DNA of 64,000 nt from positions 42,470,001-42,534,000 of the forward strand of contig OZ024756.1 of the NCBI GenBank assembly GCA_964016885.1, in the 5' to 3' direction. Below are positions 54,763-64,000 of the stretch, in pieces. The position numbers and the translations under genes were made by a program. This DNA is from Eledone cirrhosa (lineage: Eukaryota). A model generated the notes under the pieces. It searched no databases, was not told the origin of the DNA, and was given only the letters and a program-made list of their open reading frames with translations. Numbering within the stretch: the stretch's first letter is position 1; each line of letters starts with the position of its first letter.

Positions 54763-55073
54763 TATACATATATATATATACATATATATATACATATATA
54801 CATATATATATATACATATATACATATATATATATACATATATATATATACATATATACATATATATATATACATATATACATATATATATATACATATA
54901 TACATATATATATATACATATATACATATATACATATATATATATACATATATACATATATATATATACATATATACATATATACATATATATATATACA
55001 TATATATATATATACATATATATATATACATATATATATATATACATATATATATATACATATATATATATAC

Positions 55074-55104
<31 letters not shown>

Positions 55105-55119
55105 CATATATATATATAC

Positions 55120-55150
<31 letters not shown>

Positions 55151-55209
55151 CATATATATATATACATATATACATATATACATATATATATATACATATA
55201 TATATATAC

Positions 55210-55256
<47 letters not shown>

Positions 55257-55337
55257 CATATATATATACATATATACATATATATATACATATATACATA
55301 TATACATATACATATATATACATATACATATATATAC

Positions 55338-55402
<65 letters not shown>

Positions 55403-55511
55403 CATATATATATACATATATATATACATATATATATACATATATATATACATATATATATACATATATATATATATACATATATATATACATATACATA
55501 TATATATACAC

Positions 55512-55558
<47 letters not shown>

Positions 55559-55677
55559 CATATATATATACATATATATATATACATATATATATACATA
55601 TATATATATACATATATATATACATATATATATATATATACATATATATATACATATATATATACATATATATATAC

Positions 55678-55746
<69 letters not shown>

Positions 55747-55849
55747 CATATATATATATATACATATATATATATACATATATATATATACATATATATA
55801 TATACATATATATATATATACATATATATATATACATATATATATATAC

Positions 55850-55900
<51 letters not shown>

Positions 55901-55942
55901 CATATATATATACATATATATATATACATATATATATATATA
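54763..55942. repeat. (TA/TACA)n compound microsatellite
   Basis: Direct inspection. Confidence 0.95.
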
Positions 55943-56232
55943 TTTAGGTTTGAAGGTTCACCACTGGACAATTCCGTATGGTCAACCTTGATGTAATAAT
56001 ATGGAGAGTACTCAACGTAAAGCAGCTCAACCGTCTTCGTTTGTGTAGTTGGTGGTGTGAGTACGGAGTTAATTATGATAATAAAATAACAGGACTTATC
56101 TGTTACATTCATTTATTATATTTTGAATACCTGATGATATCACCGGATTCATACGGAACCCGGTCATTGAAATGATCATAGTGTAATAAACCTTTCGAGG
56201 ATTTACACAAGTCCAGCCTCCTGTTATTATAA
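55942..56232. mobile_element. Inverted-tail HHR element
   Basis: Homologous to 31510-31702; flanked by TA repeats. Confidence 0.72.
56127..56184 (+). ncRNA. Type I hammerhead ribozyme
   Basis: ATAC-CTGATGA-stem II ACCGG.TTC/GAA.CCGGT-GAAA-TGATCA (palindrome)-TA-GTGT. Confidence 0.75.
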
Positions 56233-56921
56233 TATATATATATACAGATAAATCTACCACTCAATGGTACGGACGTATGCATTTCTTTCCTACTATGATA
56301 TTTTTTAATATGTTTTACATAGATCAATAATTGAATGAACATACAGAGAACTTCCCCCCAGAAACGATCGTAACATAATGTGTTTTACTATGAATTAACA
56401 GTTTTGTGTTTAATTTCATTGTTTTAATATTTCTCTCTCTCTATATATATATATATATTGTTAGTGTCTATATATATGTGTCTATGTATGTGTGTCTATG
56501 TATATAAGTATGTGTAGGTATATGTGTATATGTATGTGTAGGTATGTGTGTACGTATGTGTGTATATATATATGTATGTATATGCATGTATGTATGTGCA
56601 TGTACATATGTATGTGTAGGTATGTATGTATGTATATGTATATATGTGTGTATGTATATATGTATGTGTGTGTATGTATATATGTATGTGTGTATGTATA
56701 TATGTATGTGTGTGTATGTATATATGTATGTGTGTATGTGTATATATGTATGTGTGTGTATGTGTGTATGTGTATATATGTATGTGTGTGTATGTGTGTG
56801 TGTATATATGTATGTGTGTGTGTATGTGTGTATTACGCCACCAACATAACTTATTGTGCAACATGACAAGATGTGAACCTATAAGAGGACGTGTGAGGGG
56901 AGGAGGAGCGATAGAAAGAAA

Positions 56922-59900
56922 TAGTGTAGTGTAGTATAGTGTAGTGTAGTGCGGTGTAGTATAGTGTAGTGTGGTGCGGTGTAGTGTAGTGTAGTGTAGT
57001 GTAGTGTAGTAGTGTAGTGTAGTGTAGTGTAGTGTAGTGTAGTATAGTGTAGTGCGGTGTAGTGTAGTGCGGTGTAGTATAGTGTAGTGTAGTGCGGTGT
57101 AGTATAGTGTAGTGTGGTGCGGTGTAGTGTAGTGTAGTGTAGTGTAGTGTAGTGTAGTGTAGTGTAGTGTAGTGTAGTGTAGTGTAGTGCGGTGTAGTGC
57201 GGTGTAGTATAGTGTAGTGCGGTGTAGTGTAGTGCGGTGTAGTATAGTGTAGTATAGTGTAGTATAGTGCGGTGTAGTATAGTGTAGTGCGGTGTAGTGT
57301 AGTGCGGTGTAGTATAGTGTAGTATAGTGCGGTGTAGTATAGTGTAGTGCGGTGTAGTGTAGTGCGGTGTAGTATAGTGTAGTATAGTATAGTGTAGTGT
57401 AGTGTAGTGTAGTGTAGTGTAGTGCGGTGTAGTATAGTGTAGTATAGTGTAGTGTAGTGTAGTGTAGTGTAGTGTAGTGTAGTGCGGTGTAGTATAGTGT
57501 AGTATAGTGTAGTGTAGTGTAGAGTAGTATAGTGTAGTGCGGTGTAGTGTAGTGCGGTGTAGTATAGTGTAGTGCGGTGTAGTGTAGTGCGGTGTAGTAT
57601 AGTGTAGTATAGTGTAGTATAGTGCGGTGTTGTATAGTGTAGTGCGGTGTAGTATAGTGTAGTATAGTGTAGTGCGGTGTAGTATAGTGTAGTGCGGTGT
57701 AGTGTAGTGCGGTGTAGTATAGTGTAGTATAGTGTAGTATAGTGCGGTGTAGTATAGTGTAGTGCGGTGTAGTGTAGTGCGGTGTAGTATAGTGTAGTGT
57801 AGTGCGGTGTAGTATAGTGTAGTGCGGTGTAGTGTAGTGCGGTGTAGTATAGTGTAGTGTAGTATAGTGTAGTATAGTATAGTGTAGTGTAGTGTAGTGT
57901 AGTGTAGTGCGGTGTAGTATAGTGTAGTATAGTGTAGTGTAGTGTAGTGTAGTATAGTGTAGTGTAGTGCGGTGTAGTATAGTGTAGTATAGTGTAGTGT
58001 AGTGTAGTGTAGTATAGTGTAGTGTAGTGCGGTGTAGTATAGTGTAGTGTAGTGTAGTATAGTGTAGTGTAGTATAGTGTAGTGTAGTATAGTGTAGTGT
58101 AGTATAGTGTAGTGTAGTGTAGTGTAGTGTAGTGTAGTGTAGTGTAGTGTAGTGTAGTGTAGTGTAGTGTAGTATAGTGTAGTATAGTGTAGTGTAGTGT
58201 AGTATAGTGTAGTGTAGTGCGGTGTAGTGCGGTGTAGTATAGTGTAGTGTAGTATAGTGTAGTGTAGTGTAGTATAGTGTAGTGTAGTGTAGTGTAGTGT
58301 AGTGTAGTGTAGTGTAGTGTAGTGTAGTGTAGTGCGGTGTAGTATAGTGTAGTGTAGTGCGGTGTAGTATAGTGTAGTGTAGTGTAGTGCGGTGTAGTAT
58401 AGTGTAGTGTAGTATAGTGTAGTGTAGTGTAGTATAGTGTAGTGCGGTGTAGTATAGTGTAGTGTAGTGTAGTGTGGTGCGGTGTAGTGTAGTGTAGTGT
58501 AGTATAGTGTAGTGTAGTATAGTGTAGTGTAGTATAGTGTAGTGTAGTGTAGTGCGGTGTAGTATAGTGTAGTGTAGTGTAGTGTGGTGTAGTATAGTGT
58601 AGTGTAGTATAGTGTAGTGTAGTATAGTGTAGTGCGGTGTAGTATAGTGTAGTGTGGTGCGGTGTAGTGTAGTGTAGTGTAGTGTAGTGTAGTGTAGTGT
58701 AGTGTAGTGTAGTGTAGTGTAGTGTAGTGTAGTGTAGTGTAGTGTAGTGTAGTGCGGTGTAGTGTGGTGTGGTGTGGTGTAGTGCGGTGTAGTGTGGTGT
58801 GGTGTGGTGTAGTGCGGTGTAGTATAGTGTAGTGTAGTATAGTGTAGTGTAGTGTAGTATAGTGTAGTGCGGTGTAGTATAGTGTAGTGCGGTGTAGTAT
58901 AGTGTAGTGTAGTGTAGTGTAGTGTAGTGTAGTGTAGTGTAGTGTAGTGTAGTGTAGTGTAGTGTAGTGTAGTGCGGTGTAGTGTGGTGTGGTGTAGTGC
59001 GGTGTAGTATAGTGTAGTGTAGTATAGTGTAGTGTAGTGTGGTGTGGTGTAGTGCGGTGTAGTATAGTGTAGTGTAGTATAGTGTAGTGCGGTGTAGTGT
59101 AGTGTAGTGTAGTGTAGTGTAGTGTAGTGCGGTGTAGTGTGGTGTAGTGCGGTGTAGTGTGGTGTAGTGTAGTGTAGTGCGGTGTAGTATAGTGTAGTGT
59201 AGTATAGTGTAGTGTAGTATAGTGTAGTGCGGTGTAGTATAGTGTAGTGTAGTGCGGTGTAGTGTAGTGTAGTGTAGTGTAGTGTAGTGTAGTGTAGTGT
59301 AGTGTAGTGTAGTGTAGTGCGGTGTAGTGTAGTGTGGTGTGGTGTAGTGTAGTGTGGTGCGGTGTGGTGTAGTGCAGTGTAGTGGTGTGTAGTGGTGTGG
59401 TGTAGTGTAGTGTAGTGTAGTGTAGTGTAGTGTAGTGTAGTGTAGTGTAGTGTAGTGTAGTATAGTGTAGTGTAGTGCGGTGTAGTGTGGTGTGGTGTGG
59501 TGTAGTGTGGTGTAGTGCAGTGTGGTGTGGTGCGGTGCAGTGCAGTGCAGTGCAGTGTAGTGTAGTGTAGTGTAGTGTAGTATAGTGTAGTATAGTGGTG
59601 TAGTGTAGTGTAATATAGTGGTGTAGTGTAGTGGTGTAGTGTCGTGTAGTGTAGAGTGGTGTGGTGTAGTGTAGTGTAGTGTAGTGTAGTGTAGTGTAGT
59701 GTAGTGTAGTGTAGTGTAGTGTAGTGTAGTGTAGTGTAGTGTAGTGTAGTGTAGTGTAGTGTAGTGTAGTGTAGTGTAGTGTAGTGTAGTGTAGTGTAGT
59801 GTAGTGTGGTGTAGTGGTGTAGTGTAGTGTAGTGTAGTGTAGTGTAGTGTAGTGTAGTGTAGTGGTTTAGTGTAGTGTGGTGGTGTAATGTAGTGTAGTG

Positions 59901-61518
59901 TGGTGGTGTAGTGTAGTGGAGTAATGTAGTGTAGTGTGCTGGTGTGTAGTGTAGTGTAGTGTAGTGTAGTATAGTGGTGTAGTGTAGTGTAGTGTAGTGT
60001 AGTGGTGTAATGTAGTGGTGTGTAGTGTAATGTGGTGGTGTGTTGTGAAGTGTGGTGTAGTGTAGTGTAGTATAGTGGTGTAGTGTAGTGTAGTGTGGTG
60101 TAGTGTGGTGTAGTGCGGTGTAGTGTAGTGTAGTGGTGTAGTGTAGTGCGATGTAATGTAGTGTGGTGTAGTGTAATGTAGTGTGGTGTAATGTAGTGTA
60201 GTGTGGTGTAATGTAGTGTAGTGTGGTGTAGTGGAGTGTGGTGTAGTGTAGTGTAGTGTGGTGTAGTGGAGTGTGGTGTAGTGTAGTGTGGTGGTGTAGT
60301 GTAGTGTGGTGTAATGTAGTGTAGTGTGGTGTAGTGGAGTGTGGTGTAGTGTAGTGTGGTGGTGTAGTGTAGTGGTGTAATGTAGTGTAGTGTGGTGGTG
60401 TAGTGTAGTGGTGTAATGTAGTGTAGTGTGGTGCTGTAGTGCAGTTAGTGGTGTGTAGTGTAGTGTGCTGTGTAGTGTAGTGGTGTAGTGTAGTGTGGTG
60501 TGGTGTAGTGTAGTATAGTGGTGTAGTGTAGTGTGGTGTAGTGTAGTGGTGTAATGTAGTGGTGTGTAGTGTAATGTGGTGGTGTGTAGTGAAGTGTGGT
60601 GCAGTGTAGTGTAGTATAGTGGTGTAGTGTAGTGTAGTGTGGTGGTGTAGTGTAGTGGTGTAGTGCGGTGTAGTGTAGTGTAGTGTAGTGTAGTGTAGTG
60701 TAGTGCGGTGTAATGTAGTGTAGTGTGGTGTAGTGTAGTGTAGTGTAGTGTGGTGTAATGTAGTGTAGTGGAGTGGAGTGTGGTGTAGTGTAGTGTGGTG
60801 GTGTAGAGTAGTGTAGTGTGGTTAGTGTGGTGTGGTGTAGTGTGGTGCAGTGTAGTGTAGTTTAGTGTAGCATAGTGTGGTGTACTGTGGTGGTGTAGTG
60901 TAGTGGTGTGTAGTGTAGTGTAGTGTGGTGGTGTGTAGTGTAGTGTGGTGTATTGTAGTGTGGTGGTGTAGAGTAGTGTAGTGTGGTGTGGTGGTGTAGT
61001 GCAGTGTAGTGTAGTTTAGTGTAGCGTAGTGTGGTGTACTGTGGAGGTGTAGTGTAGTGTAGTGTGGTGTAGTGTAGTGTAGTGTGGTGCAGTGTAGTGT
61101 AGTTTAATGTAGCGTAGTGTGGTGTACTGTGGAGGTGTAGTGTAGTAGTGTAGTGTAGTAGTGTAGTGTAGTGTGGTGGTGTGTAGTGTAGTGTGGTGTA
61201 TTGTAGTGTGGTGGTGTAGAGTAGTGTAGTGTGGTGTGGTGGTGTAGTGCAGTGTAGTGTAGTTTAGTGTAGCGTAGTGTGGTGTACTGTGGAGGTGTAG
61301 TGTAGTGTAGTGTGGTGTAGTGTAGTGTAGTGTGGTGCAGTGTAGTGTAGTTTAATGTAGCGTAGTGTGGTGTACTGTGGAGGTGTAGTGTAGTAGTGTA
61401 GTGTAGTAGTGTAGTGTAGTGTGGTGGTGTGTAGTGTAGTGTGGTGTATTGTAGTTCGGTGTAGTGGTGTGGTTTAGTATAGTGTAGTGTTGTGTAGTGT
61501 GGTAGTGTGTAGTGTAAT
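56922..61518. repeat. (GTAGT)n pentanucleotide satellite, ~4.6 kb
   Basis: Homogeneous and in phase to ~59380, degenerate afterwards. Confidence 0.97.
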
Positions 61519-61774
61519 ATAAGAATTATAATTCTTATATACATCTATCCCAATCGACCGTCATTTCCCACCACGAACATATAAGAATTGTCATTTAGAG
61601 TTGTCTCCCCTGAAACAAATTTGTTGTAAACTAAATATAACCGGGGTAGACTGTTTCATTATTATATTTACATTTAGCGTATCTCTCACCCACAACTCCA
61701 GCATCTATGAATAAATATCTTAAATCTAAAACAAAAAATAGGCTAACACTCCTTACATGTTTTCCTTTGGCCTG

Positions 61775-62650
61775 CTTGACCAATCCATTAAGGTGACACC
61801 CTAGCCAGTTGAACTACTTGACCAATCCGGTAAGGTGACACGCTAGCCAGTTGAACTACTTGACCAATCCGGTAAGGTGACACCCTAGCCAGTTGAACTA
61901 CTTGACCAATCCATTAAGGTGACACCCTAGCCAGTTGAACTACTTGACCAATCCGGTAAGGTGACACGCAAGCCAGTTGAACTACTTGACCAATCCGGTA
62001 AGGTGACACGCAAGCCAGTTGAACTACTTGACCAATCCCGTAAGGTGACACCCTAGCCAGTTGAACTACTTGACCAATCCATTAAGGTGACACCCTAGCC
62101 AGTTGAACTACTTGACCAATCCGGTAAGGTGACACGCAAGCCAGTTGAACTACTTGACCAATCCGGTAAGGTGACACGCAAGCCAGTTGAACTACTTGAC
62201 CAATCCGGTAAGGTGACACCCTAGCCAGTTGAACTACTTGACCAATCCGGTAAGGTGACACGCTAGCCAGTTGAACTACTTGACCAATCCGGAAGGTGAC
62301 ACGCTAGCCAGTTGAACTACTTGACCAATCCATTAAGGTGACACCCTAGCCAGTTGAACTACTTGACCAATCCGGTAAGGTGACACGCTAGCCAGTTGAA
62401 CTACTTGACCAATCCGGAAGGTGACACGCTAGCCAGTTGAACTACTTGACCAATCCATTAAGGTGACACCCTAGCCAGTTGAACTACTTGACCAATCCGG
62501 TAAGGTGACACCCTAGCCAGTTGAACTACTTGACCAATCCATTAAGGTGACACCCTAGCCAGTTGAACTACTTGACCAATCCATTAAGGTGACACCCTAG
62601 CCAGTTGAACTACTTGACCAATCCGGTAAGGTGACACGCAAGCCAGTTCA
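61775..62650. repeat. 42-bp minisatellite, ~21 copies
   Basis: CTTGACCAATCCGGTAAGGTGACACCCTAGCCAGTTGAACTA. Confidence 0.95.
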
Positions 62651-63140
62651 AAAACAGCAACGCCAACTGTAAAATATTTCGCCACTCCTACAATATCTAT
62701 AACGTTGACTCCTTCCAGCCTTATGCTGCGCAGTCACTGAACTGAATAGCTCGTCTGACTGCCTGCATATCAAATGATATTTACATCTCCTGTGGATTTT
62801 ATCTGAAGAGACCATCTTTGACTGATGTTATACATAAGCCATACATCTTTGAATTACGTATAATAAAATAAATAGGGATGGACTAAAGTAACTATCTTTT
62901 GTTTATTATTATATACAATATATTTATATCATCATCATCTTTGTTTAATGTCCATTTTCCACGCTAGCATGGGTTATATGTATATATATATATATATATA
63001 AAATATATATATATAGATGAGGATGAAGATATTGCATATACATATATATATATATCATCATCATCAACCCATGCTAGCATGGAAGATAGACATTAAACGA
63101 AGATGATGATGATATATGATGATGAAGACATATATACATA

Positions 63141-63171
<31 letters not shown>

Positions 63172-63239
63172 ATTATATATACATATATATGAAGATATCA
63201 TATATACATACATACATTTACATATTATATATATATATA

Positions 63240-63270
63240 TTAGCAGTGTATCCCGGCGTTGCACGGGTAA
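63240..63270 (-). mobile_element. Helitron-like 3' terminus (element probably extends rightwards)
   Basis: Minus strand CCCGTGCAACGCCGGG hairpin, ~8 nt, CTAA end inserted before T. Confidence 0.55.
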
Positions 63271-64000
63271 GAACATTGGTAATAGCACCTCCAATGAGAA
63301 ACGTTTGTTTGTGAGTGCCTGTTAAAAACTCACGAAAATATACCGACAGGAAACTTGTTTTATTTGGAGAAAATTAAGAAGTTGAAAGTACAGTTTAGCT
63401 GTCTACGTGCATTGTTCATAGAAATATTGTTGAGCCCCTTCTTTTCATACTCCTCTGTTTTGGCCTTTTGGAGTAAATGTGAAAGAGAAAGTCACAGGTT
63501 AAGTTGGCAGAAGGTTCCAGTGCAATAGCAGTAAGGCCTAAGCTACTTATCTCAAAAGTTCATTCGCACACTCTCCACTAAGTTACTCTTTCTCTCTATT
63601 CCTTTCGGTGCAGTCCCTTGCGAATTTCTCACGTAGGCCTGGTGTAGATTTGCACCCGATCCACATGTCCGCTTTGTACGGCTTTTGGAGGAAGGAGTTA
63701 CCAGCAGTACGTTGTTCGGTATTATTACGAAAAGGTGTAGCAGAGAATCCCACGTGAACTAACAGCTCCGGAGGAAACTGCTTACCTCGAAGATTCATTC
63801 GCCATCGTTCTTGTCAATGCTCCGTTTAGTTGGAATTTACTGGTCTACAGTTAGATGAATGGCACAAAGGGTTAATGTTTATTGGCAAGAAGTGGCAACT
63901 GGGCTGGCTTGCCTCACTTATATTATATATTAAAATAACAGATTAAAGTTTAAGCAAAGAATCGCTGCTTTCACCCTTAACGCGATCTTCTGAAACTAAA

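Overview
Eukaryotic, AT- and microsatellite-rich DNA. The SINE/LINE content suggests a cephalopod such as Octopus, which is an inference. Positions 388-27849 (minus strand) hold the 5' two-thirds of an ABCC1/MRP1-like ABC transporter gene: 18 coding exons traced by hand, 2602 nt in one consistent frame, covering TMD0, L0, TMD1 and NBD1. The gene continues off the left edge. The rest is mobile DNA: RTE-type, CR1-type and R4/Dong-type LINE pieces, a DD37D (maT) transposon remnant, MITEs, tRNA-headed SINEs, a Helitron end and several minisatellites. Positions ~40-56 kb are one (TA/TACA)n field hosting five young retroelements back to back, three of them Penelope-like (RT + GIY-YIG). The most striking unannotated signal is a dense population of hammerhead-ribozyme (HHR) motifs: about ten near-canonical and several atypical. 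They sit in Penelope terminal repeats and in many short non-coding fold-back elements that share one architecture (inverted copy plus one-sided tail) and lie in TA repeats. The ABCC gene has three splicing oddities: 27 tandem copies of its own exon-11 acceptor, a probable GC donor, and an acceptor abutting a ~535-bp (TA)n array. All calls were read by eye; no alignment, search or folding program was run.
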